A stretch of DNA of 64,000 nucleotides from Cycas panzhihuaensis (Eukaryota; Plantae; Cycadophyta). Under the pieces are notes generated by a model that searched no databases, was not told the DNA's origin, and saw only the letters and a list, made by a program, of their open reading frames with translations. Made by a program: the position numbers and the translations under genes. The stretch spans positions 88,419,741-88,483,740 of the forward strand of contig CM041465.1 of the NCBI GenBank assembly GCA_023213395.1, read 5' to 3'. Below, in pieces: positions 11,896 to 24,999 of the stretch (position 1 is its first letter; every line of letters starts with the position of its first letter).

Positions 11896-14800
11896 CGTCA
11901 AAAATATTTCACAAGAGGCTATGATGCCACAATAGAAAAAGATGCAGTATGCAGCAATTCAAAATAGAAAAGAAATTGGAAAAATGATCAATCTTCATCT
12001 ATTGATTCACCTCATAGAGGACTAATGAGATCGAAGAACCTCTTTGAGGACTATGAGGATACATGAAGATGGGAGCTTAGTCACCCAAATTAACAATGCT
12101 CATATATTAAGAGTGTTCACATACACGCATAAAATTTGGGAGACATATGACCAAATGATTACAATAATCATGGATTAAACATCATCTTCCAACGCATCCC
12201 ATTAATGTTTAATTAATGTCCTTGTCACGTTAGGTAACTTGAGAAATTTCTCTTCATCTTCACTAGATTAGCTACTTCAAGAATACTTCCATTTACGCTT
12301 CCTCATTTTCCATTGTTTGCTAATGTCAATATAAAGAAATGGCCATCTACCAGAATACATGGATAACCAGCTGCTATAACTGCCAATTTGCTTGGAACAT
12401 GTTCACCACATGGTGTTTCCCAGCTATTGGGAATGGACTCGAGACGCATCGACACAGGTTTGTTCAGGTATATGTTCTTACTTTTCTTACCTATGTTAAT
12501 TAAGGTGGTTTAGAGTAGTTTGATTGACATATGCCTGTCTATATGCATTCGTTTGACTGCCTGTCCATCATGCATGTGCCTAACGGCACCCTTCAGCCTA
12601 TGACGACTCACAGCGGGGGCATTCATCAGTGAATCGACACCGTATGGCGTACAACCACTCACGGTGTCTCCATGGTCTTCGGGATGCTTTCATGACTTGT
12701 TTATTCTTGTTACCACATGCCATTTATGTTGCAAATCCTTCCTAAGCCCGGTTTAACCCTTAGTTAGGGCTCTTTGCACCACTATGAGTACTTGCCTACT
12801 GCCTAGGCCTTCTCCTAATTGATGTATTTCATGCCTAGCTTTTGACTTCACCAAAAACCTGATTTTCAAGTTATATTTTTCTCTTTTTTGAATTTCGGGT
12901 CTGTACCGCGGTAAACTAGGCGGTACCGCGGAGTTTGCAGCGGTACCGCGGAGTTTGCCGCGGTACGACTGTTTAAAATTTAAAAAAGAGAAACCACGCG
13001 ACAGTGGCCGCATTTTTTCGTGGAACTGCCGCGTGGCTCCGTACGATTGGAGGCGCCCCAAGGCCCCCAACGTTCACTTGCTATGCCCAAGGCATAAAAG
13101 CCTTTTTCTTACTCATTTGCTTAATTCTTCACTTCATTTTTCAAGTTTTCTAGAGCAACTTCTCCACAAAGAGACAAGGCAAAGAAACAGTGAACAAGAG
13201 AACTTCTTCTACGAAGGGGAGAGGTGAAGTGGGCCATTACCGGTGGAGTTGCAGGCCATTCTTGCCCCCTCACGGAGCCCCATTGCAAGCACCACTCCTC
13301 TCCACAAATACCCAAAGCTTCAAGAGGTTTTCTTCACCAAAAGACCACCTCAAAGACCCATCTTCAAGCTCTCAACTTGCATGAAGCTCTACTCTTCTAC
13401 TCTCTTGCAAAGGACATTCAACACCACCTCTTGGACATTGCTTGGGTGCTCCTCCAAGTGGCCAAGCACCTACATGCACTTATTCTTCTCCATTCAAGGT
13501 ATTTATTGTCTCTTGTTGGTGCTTTTGCTTGTTTTCTTCATTGTTTTGCTTGCAAATTCTTTCCTCCCTTTTGCATGCACTTCCTTTGAGATTCTCTTGG
13601 CTGTTTGATGCAAGTAATCTTAGTAGTTGTGGCTTACTAGAGTGCTGCCCTAGGTTAGGCACATTTTCTTGTATTTCCTTGAAACCCATCCTCCCCCTCT
13701 TAGCCTCCTCTTTCGCCATTTTCTAAGCTAGCCGACATAAAGGGTTTTCACGAGGATTTGAGGGAGGTAGGCGGGGTTCCGTCCCCCATTGCCGTCCTTC
13801 TCCCCAAGGGTTCCGTCCCTTGTCCTCTCTCCCTTTAGCACCCGTGCTTTCTTAGGAAACGGAGCTAGGGAAGCCTTGGAGAGTTGGGTTGAGTTTCCCT
13901 ATTGGTGTAGGAAATTTGTTACTACGTGACTCATCTTGTTGCATGCTAGCACTGTTTTCCCTATACCCTGTGGAGACCTCTCGTGGGTGAGTTAGCCATC
14001 CCGAGGCTACACTCAATCCCATTTGGTGCGTTTTATGGTGTACGACGGTCCGCATATTTATCGCGCGGCCTTGTTTCATTTTCGCTACATGTTGGTGCTC
14101 AACTACATTTTTCTAGCTTAGTTGATTTCATTTTCAGTATATACATATATATCTTGTCGTGCTTCGTAGCCTCTCTCCCGAGAGGAGAGCGTTCTTTCTG
14201 TTTTGTGCAGGTCGCTTAAGAGGGAGTGGCGCGAGATCAACCTGCTGTTCTTGGAGTCGGCTCTGTGCAGTATTCTTCCCCCTTCTTGTTTTGAGCTTCA
14301 CTTTCCGTTCTTCCAGTTTATTTAGTCCTTGCATGCTCTCGGGGAGGTAAGTGAACCCCCTTCATTGTCTTCGATCGACGTTGCATGCACGGAGGACGGA
14401 GAGGAGGAGCGAACCGAGGAGGGAACTGCGTTTCTACTCGGGGCCGTATCCAGGTATTTTCCATGTATCTCTCGTATTTTCTTTATGCTTTTATGTCTCT
14501 TTGCATTTACTTTGATAGGTAAAGGAATATAAAAGAAAAAGGAAAAATAACTGTTTATTTTACATTTGCTTTCTCAGACATTTTATTACATTGCATAACG
14601 TAGTAGTAGAGGACCCATTTACCTGCACCCCTTAGCTGCACTTATACCATACCCTTTTACACATTTGGTTGGTTGCCCCCTCGTCGCCTTCTCGTTGCCC
14701 TGAGAAGCCGCGACGCGCGAGGTTCCTTTTCCCTTCCCGGCCATCCGAAGGGTAGGAAGGTCTCGCCTTGCACGGCCACCTGGAAGCAACCAGGCACCTT

Positions 14801-17384
14801 GCGATCCGTGCAGCGCTCCGGCGCACGGACGTCCTGCGAGGTATGATCCTCGCTTTCTAGCTTGCTTAGCATATTGTTTTTATGCCCTTCCCTGCTAGAC
14901 GTTGGGTCATTGCCCCGCGGAGAGCGTTTCACATGGTACATCAGCGTCTGTCAAATTTTCTATATGCAAACTTGCTGAATTCTCCAGTAAATAATTCCAT
15001 ATTGGAACACCGCAACAAACTGTTGCTACCTTTAAGTAACCTTTAAATAAACTTTCTGCCAACTTGTTGCAATTCCTACAACCATCCACACAGGGTGCAC
15101 CGACACCAAATGCATGCATGGAGTTTCTCCTTCCAGAAATTGCATAATCAATTGTGAAGCACATAAAAGGCTATCATCACAGCCAATTATAGCTTTCACT
15201 CACCAAACCATCAATTTTTAAGGTGCAAGCTTGTAGCTTTCAAGATGTGATACTTTTACCATATTTTATTTCATGCACTTCTCACTTCAAAGTGGGTCCT
15301 TACAAAAAAAAACACATGTTACCAAATTGGGAACCATGCGAAACAAAGTACATGTCTGAAATATTACCAAAATATGCTTCAAAAAATGGGACCACCAGTT
15401 TGAAAAGAAGAGGGTAGATTCCAAATGATGCATAAACCACTGTCAAATAAGAAGAAATTGCCCTAAGAAGGCCAAAAAGTGTTTCACTCTTTTTGTCATA
15501 TGACCACTGACTGAAAGGTTAGAGGGCAGACTTCAAATGTTGTCCTATCTGATTAAATTAACATGGACTTCAGAAAACTTTTAATTTTGTTGGAAAGTTT
15601 CCACTGCCACTTTTTTCTTCACATTTCTACGTTTGTAATCTTCCACAGCATCTGTGTTGTCATTTCCTCTGTAAATTCACTGCATGATCTCTCCATAACC
15701 ACTATCTCATCCATCAAAAATGCCCACTACCAGTTCACGGGCAAAAGAAAGTGTTGGGTATCCAACAACTCCACTTTTAGTATTTTCTCTGGCTCCAAGG
15801 AATTGGCAAACTATGTAAAACACGACATCCTTCTATATAAAATCTAGCCAGAATCTGGACATGGCTTGACTTTATGGTTTCAATGATAGCAAGGCAAGTA
15901 CTAGTAATATGGTAAGTCAATCTGTGTGGTTGTCATGAACTGAATGCATAATTAACTAAAAATATCAATCAGACCTGCCAACTAAACTACAAAATGTTTA
16001 AGCTTTTCTCTTACATCATCCGTATGAGGATTTGATTCACAGATTTCCTCAATAACTTTGCTATCAAATCTGTTCATACTCTCTACGTGCATTTGAAAAA
16101 ACACATCTCCCAGCCACTTCATCTGATCAGAGCACCTTGTTTTCAGTAATGATTACCTGCCTTAGGCTCCAGAATTCATCCAGCATCCATAATGTGGCTC
16201 TTCTGTCCCACAACATTCATTCATCTTCATCTAAGAACCAAGTCAAGCAGACAGAATTGATCCAGCTTACATACAAGATTCATTTATGAATCCTCTGGAA
16301 TATCAAGTTCATTTGCTCTCTCCAAACCAATAATTTGTACAGGCTGTGAAGAAACAATTACTACTGTCACCTTCCCACAAAACTATGCCTATTATGGCTT
16401 CACACCATCTTTTTTGGCTCCGTGTGCAGGTGCCAATCACCTCTGGATATGCCTAACAAACAAAAACACAATTAATATGAGAAATATTCAATTCCAATGC
16501 TTGCCTTCATTCACATTCACACCATTTGCAACGACATCAGGGGAGATCTTTGCCATATATTCAACTTCCACTGCAGCTTTTCTTCTTTCAGTCTATGAAA
16601 ATATTTCTTCAATTGTCATGATGCAAATCTTTAAGAGAAAACTCAACAATTTACAAATGTCAAGCAGCTTAGACTCAAAACAAAATGTCCAATGATCATT
16701 ATGCCAACAAAGCTTGAGTTGTCAAACTCTTGAGTTGGCTCTAAATTGGAAAAGCCAGTCTTTGCTTTGCTTCACACCAAAGCACAACCAAAAAAATACT
16801 TGAGACAATTGAATTTGTGAAACCAATTGCTAAAAATTGGTGCATGCTTAATTTAGGGGCCACATGCATGTTTCAAAACACTGTTGTGTTGCTACTCTTC
16901 CAAATCCATTTGAAACTTGCAAATGGAACCTTTTAAATTATATACAATGAGAAGAAAACAAACATCTACCAATCACATAACATTCAATCCAAAATCCACC
17001 ATAAGCCTTACCCTATGAAGACCAAACCATAGGCTATGATACCATGTTAAAAATATTTCACAAAAAACCATGTCACCATGATAGAAAAAGAGGAAATATG
17101 TAGTAATTCAAAATATAAAGAAATTGGAGGAATGATCAATCTTGATCTATTGCATTAAAATAGGTATATATTTACAGAAATGATTCACCTCATAGAGAAC
17201 TAATGAGATTGGAGAATCTTTTTAAGGACCTATGAGAATACATGGGGATGTGAGCTATAATCACACAATTTAATAATGCTCACATATTAAGATGTCCGGA
17301 TGTGTGTATAAAAATTGAGATCTACATCACCAAATTATTACAATAATCATGGATTAACCATGGATTAAACATTATTTTTCAATA
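11896..17384 (-). mobile_element. Old, internally deleted Ty1/Copia element carrying the nested 2.5-kb solo LTR
   Basis: Diverged LTR pair 11896-12194 and 17045-17384 (shared aaaatatttcaca, tgatcaatctt, tgattcacctcataga, caataatcatggattaa); PBS gctatgatacca 17033-17044; PPT-like tract after 12194; TSD aacat/gacat. Confidence 0.75.
12414..14931 (+). mobile_element. Large solo LTR (2518 bp), probably from a long-LTR Gypsy lineage; orientation inferred
   Basis: TG...CA termini; perfect TSD CATGG at 12409-12413 and 14932-14936; abrupt rise in GC/CpG; no retroelement coding motifs in its ORFs. Confidence 0.75.
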
Positions 17385-17560
17385 GACATTAATAAAATAC
17401 TGTGAAATCTAGGTACAAAACTGCCTAAAATATAGGTAAAATTTTGGTTCAAATAAATTAACATTAAAGCTGGTTAATAAAGATCTTTCTTTTATTGAAG
17501 ACACAAGTTGCTTCTTTGGCTTGAGAAACCTCAGGTGAGGTGATAGGAATGTAAAATTGA

Positions 17561-20500
17561 TGTTAGCATGGCAGTTGTTTGTTAAGCCACTTGTTAATGT
17601 TAATGCGGTGGCTTAACTAATGTGATTAACGAAATGGTGCAAATTATGCAAAGAGTCGCAACCATTGTTGGTTGACACCTCTTGGAAGGATTATGAACAT
17701 CCTAGAGCCCTTGTATATTCATATCAATCAAGTGGTAATCAATGTGATCAATAGATCTTTGTAATGGGTTTTTTCTTGAAAGGGTTTCCCATGTAAATCC
17801 TATGTACTATACACCTATTTTCTATGTTTATCTTGATTGTTTGTTGTATATAGTAAAGATCTTGTGGATGTAAACATGTATGTGTTCATTCATGTTTCTT
17901 AACATGGTATTAGAGTTGTAGGGTCCTACATAGCTAAGGCCGGAGTTGGATGGAACGGTGAGATCATTAGTTGTCAGGTGATGCTGTCAAAACCCAAGAA
18001 TTTCTTGAGGACTTATCTTCTCCAATAACTTGCAAGAGCATGCATAGTGATCAATGGTAGTTGAGGAGGTGAAAAGCCATTTCTATGGAGTAAGTTAACT
18101 TGTTGGGGGTCATCCGAAGTTGGTTGTTGAACTGTGGCACTGTTTTAGACTAGCGGAGTATGTTCTGATGGAGGTTCAATAGTGGTGAAGATAGCCATTC
18201 GTCATACATGTAAGTTGGCTATTTTCTTAACAAAGCACCACTAAATTTAACATTGAAAATTACCATTTTACATCAACGAAGACAAATATCTTACTTGAGG
18301 ATGATATTGCATCCTGTAAAGGTGGTTTTTTGTCCTTATTAAGATTGTTGGGTAGTATTTGTGGCTGTACCGGGACGTGTTGGTGTGTATGGATGAGCGT
18401 TGAAGATAAGAAGCTTTGTGTAAATGTGGGGCCCCTCTATTTTGCATCGATAAGTGTGATTGTTGGCTGGAATAGGATCGGGAGCCTATTATATGTTTGG
18501 TTGGATTGCATAGGATCGTTTTTTTTTTAGTATTTTGAGAACAAAATTAAAGCCTGTTGGTGAAAGGTGGACAATTGGTGGGCAATTTTGGCTTACATAA
18601 CCATCGTTCAGTGTGCCCCAATGAGTGTGCCTGAGAAGGAGGTGATCACAGTGATGTGGGTATTGTCCAGAAGACTATAAGTCTAGTAGTTTGGTGATAT
18701 TAACTTGTTCTTGAAGCTCGTTCCTCAAGGTACATCGTTTGATGCTCAAAGTTATCTTTAATGGCAATAACTTCAACAAGTGGAAGGCTAACAAGGAGTT
18801 AATATGGATGGTGAATCAACTCTAGGCGATAACTAAGGCAAAAGTGGACACAATCCCACTTGACCATAAAGAAGGTGTATGACTTTAGGAGTAGTAGTTT
18901 ATGGCCGTCAAAATGTTGAAATTGTCACTAGCACCAGACCAAAGGGCCTTGGTTCATAACCTGGATCAGCCAGACGAAATATGGACAAAGTTGTGTGAAA
19001 CTTTTAAGAAGAAGAAGACGAATGGATGTCTGGCTTTAATGTTGGAGCTTTTCAATTCTATAATAGAAGATGAGACCAACATAAGTGCCTACTTGAATAA
19101 AGTCATTGACTTGAAGAACAAGCTAGAAGCGTTCAAGGCAAATTTGATTGATGATACATTGTTATTTGCGATAATCATGTCAAAATTGCCAACTGCTTTT
19201 GCCACTTTCGAGACCATCTATGGCAGAGATGAGGTAATGGAAAGCGCAACGTTTGATAGCATAAAAAATCTTATTCTAGCAAAGGACGCCAAGTTAAAAC
19301 ATCATGGGATGCTTGGAGGTTCCAAGTCAAGTCAGGCCTTAGTCATGAAGACGCAGAGGAGGGAGATTGTTCAGGAGGAGAAGTTCACACAAAAGTCTAG
19401 GGAAGAGTCTCGAGAGAAGAAGAAATTCATAGGCAAATGTAACTACTGCAAGAAGGAAGGCCACAGAGAAAAGAATAGTTAGTTCAAGAGATGAAACAAA
19501 CGCAAAGCTAGCCAAGATGATGAAGGGAAGAGCATAGCAACACACTGTGTTAGAGTGTCAGCCGAGTCAAGTTGGAAAGACTATTGGATATTGGACTCTG
19601 GAGTCCAGAAGCACATCTCTTTCCAGAAGCAAAACTTTGATGCATGGAGTGCAAATCATAGTGGTGCTGAGATTATCCTTGGAGATGCTCACGTGTTACC
19701 AGTTGAAGGTGTTGGCAATGTTTCCTTAGCAAGTGGTAAGTATAAACGGGTCTATTATGTGCCTAAGATGCGGTTGGATTTACTTTCAACTCGAGAAATC
19801 TGCCAACAAGAAATGAAGGTGGAACTTTATAAAGATAGATGTCTGATTAAGGATCCTAAATAGAATTTCTCTCTCATTGCTACTGGAAAGTTGGAGACAA
19901 TTTTTGGGTGTTTGAAAAGTTTCAATGCCAGAAGAAGTCCTATGCTTTTATTGCCAATGCAGATGATTTGAGTAAGTTATGGCATGATCACTTGGGTCAC
20001 CTTAATTATAGAAGCAACGCACTAGTGAAAAGGTTCAAAATGGTGGAAGGATTACCATCTGTTTCATGTTCAAACAATGTGTGTGAAGGGTGTATGTATG
20101 GGAAGCATCACCACTCCTTTTGCTTAGGACAATGCTTGGAGGGCCAAGGAGAAGCTTGAACTTGAGCATACAAATGTGATGGGACCACTCTCAAAGCCTT
20201 CAATATCCAGAGCTCGATATACCTTAGTGTTTGTAAACAACGACACCAAAAAGGCCTAGGTATATTTCTCGAAGAGCAAGTCAGAGGTGTTGATCATTTC
20301 CGTGATTGGAAAGCGAGTGTTGAAAATGAAAGTGATAAAAAGATAAAAACATTGAGAAGTGATAATGGCAAGGAATACGACAATCATGTGTTTAATCAGT
20401 TCTGTCGAGATCATGGTATAAAACGAGAGTTTACTGTTCTGTATGCCCACAACAAAATGGTGTTGCAGAAAGGAAAAATCGTACCTTGATGGAGATGGCA

Positions 20501-23110
20501 AGGTGTATGGTGCATTCAAAAAACTTGCCACCAATGTTTTGAACAGAAGTTGTTGCGACTATTGTTTATATTTTAAACAAGATAACCACTCAAGCAGTTC
20601 GAAGGATGACCCACGAAGAGAAATGGACCGGTCGTAAACCTGTCATTAGTCATTTAAAAACATTTGGGTGCATCGGATATGCACACATCCTAGACGACGG
20701 TCGCAAGAAGCTAGATCGCAAGAGTTTGAAGTGTATTTTTGTGGGGTATCTAATCAAAACAAATCTTACAAACTGTAGGATCCGCAAGGGAAAAGAAGTG
20801 TGATTAATCGGGATGTTAAATTTGATGAATCATCGACGTATCATGCTGAGAAGTTATCAGAAGAGCCTTCTTACCCCCCACTACTTCCGTTTCCAAATTC
20901 AACAGCTAAAGAGGACGATGAGCCAGTCATTGGAATTCAAGAGGACCGAGCAGAGCGAATAATAATAAGGAACCATCACACAAAGAAGTACCTATAGCAC
21001 TAGGTCCTTCTATACCATTATGGGCAAGGAAGACAATAGAGGATTTCAGAGTGGCGATGCAAACCCTTATTAATAACAGGAGAACAAGAAGTCAACATGT
21101 CAGTCGAACTCTGCTAGTAGACACCAACAACTCCAGTGATCCTATTTCGCATGACGAAACAACGAACAATCCATGATGGAGAGCCACAATGGAGGAGGAG
21201 TATGGCTCACTTATGAAGAATGTCACATGGGATTTGGTTCCACTACCTCCGACAAAGAACCTTATTGGATGCAAGTGGGTCTACAAGATAAAGTTCCCCT
21301 CTAATGGAGAGGTGGACAAGTGTAAGGCCAAGCTTATCGCTAAAGGGTTTAAGCAAAAAGAAGGAATTGATTATAAAGAGATATTTGCACCAGTCTCCAA
21401 GATAATGACGATCCAATTAATCATTTCATTAACAGTTGCATATGGTTGGAGTAACACCAAATGGACATTAAGTCTGTGTTTCTTAATGGAGATCTAAAAG
21501 AGGAGATTTACATATTGCAACCTCTGGGATTCATTAAGAAAAGCCAGGGGCATCTTATGTGACAATTGAAAAAGTCACTCTATGGCCTGAAACAAGCACC
21601 CTGTGCTTGGTATGAGAAGATCGATGCCAAGTTGAAGGAAGAAGGATTTGTTGTTTTAGATTTGGACCCGAATCTATACTATAAAAGGAGTAGGACCTCA
21701 ATAGTAGCTATTGTTTTGTACATGGATGATTTACTCATCAGAGGCAACAGTGATAAGACTATTGTCGGAGTCAAGTCCAATTTGGGAGCTACCTTTGATA
21801 TGACAAACCTCAGGCCACTTCACTACTTCTTGAGCATTCAAGTCAGGCAAATGGAAGATTGGATCATGTTGTTGCAGACAGTATGTGAAGAACCTATTGG
21901 AAAAATTTAGGATGCAAGATTGCAAGCCGTTTGCAACATCATGTGCCAAGGGTGCAAAGCTGCAGAAAGACATGGTCAAACCCTTTGTAGATGGAACAAT
22001 GTATCGTCAATTGGTAGGGAGTCTAATCTATTTGACTCATACCAGAACAAATATCGCCTATGTTATTGGATTAGTTTTCTAATATACGCAAAATCCTCAG
22101 GAACCACATTGGGTTGCAGCGAAGTGGATTCTGAAATACTTGAAGGGGACACTTAATCTTGGTCTCGAATACCTTCGTGGTGAAGAGATAAAGTTGTATG
22201 GCTACACTGATGCTGATTGGAGAGGAGACTCTAACGATCAAAAGTCCACTGCTAGATACATCTTTGGTGTCAATAATGGATTTATTTCATGGCAGTCAAA
22301 GAAGCAACAAATAGTGGCGTTATCTTTTACAGAGACAGAATATCAAGGACTCGATGCTAGTGCTAAAGAAGTTGTATGGTTGCAAGGTCTCTTTGAAGTT
22401 CTTGGAGTTTCAAATGGCCATCTAGTTATTTTTGTCGATAATCAAAGTACCATTCGCTTATCAAAGAATCCAAAGTTTCATGCTCGTACGAAGCGCATTA
22501 AGATACAACACCACTATATCCATGAACAGATCCAATTAGGGAAGTTGTAGGTCGACTATTGTCCAAACGAATATCAGTTTCCAAGCATTTTCACCAAAGC
22601 GCTTACTGAAGATCAATTTACAAAGATGCATATTAGATTGGGACTCACAGATGTTATTCTTGAGGGGGGATGCATCAACAAAGATAAAGAAGTAGGATAG
22701 TCCTAGCCTTCATGATAACACAACTACTGCAAGTTTTAGGTTCCCCACATTCACATTAAGGGGGGATGTTAGCATGCCAATTGTTTGTTAAGCTATTTGT
22801 TAATGTTAATGTGGTGGTTTAACTAATGTGATTAACGAAATGGTGTGAGTTATGCAGAGAGTCATAACCCTTGTCGATTGACACCTCTTGGAAGGATTAT
22901 AAATATCCTAGAGCCCTTGGATATTCATATCAATCAAGTGGTAATCACTGTGATCAATAGATCTTTATGGTGGATTTTTTCGCGAAAGGGTTTCCCACGT
23001 AAATCCTATGTACCGTGCAACTGTTTTTTGTGCTTATCTTGATTGCTTGTTGTGTATGGTAAAGATTCTACGGATGCAAAGATGTATGCATTCATTCATG
23101 TTTCTTAACA
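17561..23110 (+). mobile_element. Full-length decayed Ty1/Copia retrotransposon (5.55 kb)
   Basis: 344-bp LTRs 17561-17904 and 22767-23110; PBS tggtattagag at 17905; PPT aagggggga before 22767; TSD attga/attgc; domain order gag-PR-INT-RT-RH. Confidence 0.95.
18740..22660 (+). pseudogene. Copia gag-pol pseudogene
   Basis: CNYCKKEGH knuckle, WILDSG protease, LWHDHLGHLN pre-integrase, TFGCIGYAH, WDLVPLP/KKSLYGLKQAP/YMDD RT and YTDADW RNaseH; fragmented by stops and frameshifts. Confidence 0.93.
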
Positions 23111-24294
23111 ATTGCTATAGGGGGGTAACCAGAACATCCAACAACTTTCTCACCACTTTTTATCATTTTCCTGTTCTCGTCCAACCCCCCACCCCCAAAA
23201 TCAACTCCATTTCTTGTATATGTTGATTTGCACAAAATTTCTTTGCTCCTATGTGCATCTCACAAACTTCTCAGATTTGCATCAAAATTTAGCAAATTTG
23301 CATATTCTGGAAATTAGCAGAATTACACACTAAAACTTCATTGTTTTGAAATTTTAAGCAAAAAAAGTAAAAACAAGGAAATAAGTTGCCAAGTGTCTAC
23401 TACTTTAAACACACATAATTAGAAATTGCATATGTACGTACAACTATAGCAATAATAGAAAGTTGAATTTGAATTTCAATTATTTTAAGTTTAACAAGTC
23501 AAATTTGTCACTTAGCATCAGATCACAGAATGCCCATTATGAGTTAGAAAGAAAATTCAATGGTTATTTCAACATCTTCTTCCTATAATAGCACCCATAT
23601 AGCTATTGTACTTGAGAAAGAAGATGATCATTATTGTATGGAGAAGTTTGGTGAGTGGACAATGAAAAATCTTTCGTTCACAATTGTTTGAGTTCATGCA
23701 AACATGCTTTCTATAAGTTTTGAACCTCGAATGGCTGAGTTTATATTTCAATCCTTATAATATGGATGTACTTTAAGAGGAGATAATTATTATAATAGTT
23801 AGTTTATATTGGTGAGATCTTCATATTCCACTGCACCTCTTCAGGTGATGGATCATTTGGTATTCAACATGTGGTTAATGCTCCTAGAGAATTGAATCTA
23901 TGACTTCATTAGGGGAAAAAAAATTGTCAAACCATCTCCAATAAATAATCAACCTAAGGCAGTCCTAAAAGGGAAAAGCTAGGATAGAGGATTCACAATG
24001 GATTGGAAGAGAACTAAGTATCAGGAAGAAGGGCAACATCTAGTGGTGCAAGGACTTCAAGGCAAAAGAAGCACTTGGTAGAGAAATGGAAAACCCTGAG
24101 GATATAGGAGACACAAATTGCATAACATCTTGTAAAGTGTCATGGCATACCGAGCACCATGGATCATCTAATAGACCAACTAAAGGACTTGGTCACAAGA
24201 ATGCAAGAGAACATTTAAGAGAAGTTGAGTTTCAAGATGGCATGATATGGCCTCAACTGCAAATCTTAGTACCTGTTTCAATTACTACTATTAC

Positions 24295-24660
24295 TATAAC
24301 ACTCCTTCCTTGCCAACCAATCTCCCTTCTAGCCGACCAATAAATGAAACATCCTCTTGGCCGACCAACAAACCACAGTTAGCCAACCCTAAGAGATTCA
24401 CCCCTATAAATACCCTCCTAGGGCCCTTGCCTAGGATCATTATGTTTCTCTCTGCGGATCCAATGCTCAAAATATCTAGCACGTGTGGAGGACACCTCGC
24501 CTCGAAGAGGATTGCATTGTGGAGACCTCAACTACTGATGTTAGAGATGGACCCAATCTTGCAAATCAAGTGTGTACTCATCCTCTGCATTGTTAGTTTA
24601 TTTACACTTATTTATAATTCAGCGATAAAGTTCTTTTTCCAACAAAAACATTCCTCTACA
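24295..24660 (+). repeat. Solo LTR related to chromovirus elements A-C
   Basis: Start resembles the A LTR start; GCCGAC repeats, cctataaata TATA, the GGAGGACACCTCGCCTCGAAGAGG motif at 24487-24510 and an ...ctaca end. TSD ambiguous. Confidence 0.65.
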
Positions 24661-24999
24661 CTATTAGTGTCAATATAATTACTATTATAATTAAAGCAGG
24701 CTCTAGTGAAATGCCCACAAGTACAAATGTGGCCACAACTAGTATGAGCACATCTCGAGGCTAGAACCACTCTTGCAACTCCTTCAAATGCCTATGGAAC
24801 AGCCAAGAGCATAGGGCATGATAAATCGCTTAGTTGATGTAGCCCAATCAACATAGGAATACAAGTGCAAATCAACCCTTCCGATGATTGTCTTCACACA
24901 AAAAAAATTAAACTCTTGGCTTCACCAACTAGGTGGTGTATTTCTCCTATTTGAGTTACACTGATATTCAAACAATCACATTTGCCAAAATCAAGATAA

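Noticed and set aside
12005-12025. Minus-strand CTC TAT GAG|GTGAAT (LYE plus donor) as the missing upstream ARR exon
   Set aside because: It is part of an LTR, repeated at ~17185, and no VLVVDDD frame precedes it.
12575-12635. Twister-like GCCTAAC...GGGGGC and minus-strand CTGATGA (hammerhead/retrozyme)
   Set aside because: The twister internal conserved residues are missing, and no GAAA plus stem II follows the CTGATGA. Other CTGATGA hits I looked at (e.g. 948, 33063) also lack the core.
12753-14941. Cluster of overlapping 60-120 aa ORFs as a novel gene
   Set aside because: Expected by chance in a GC-richer LTR; no recognisable domain; both strands are equally open.
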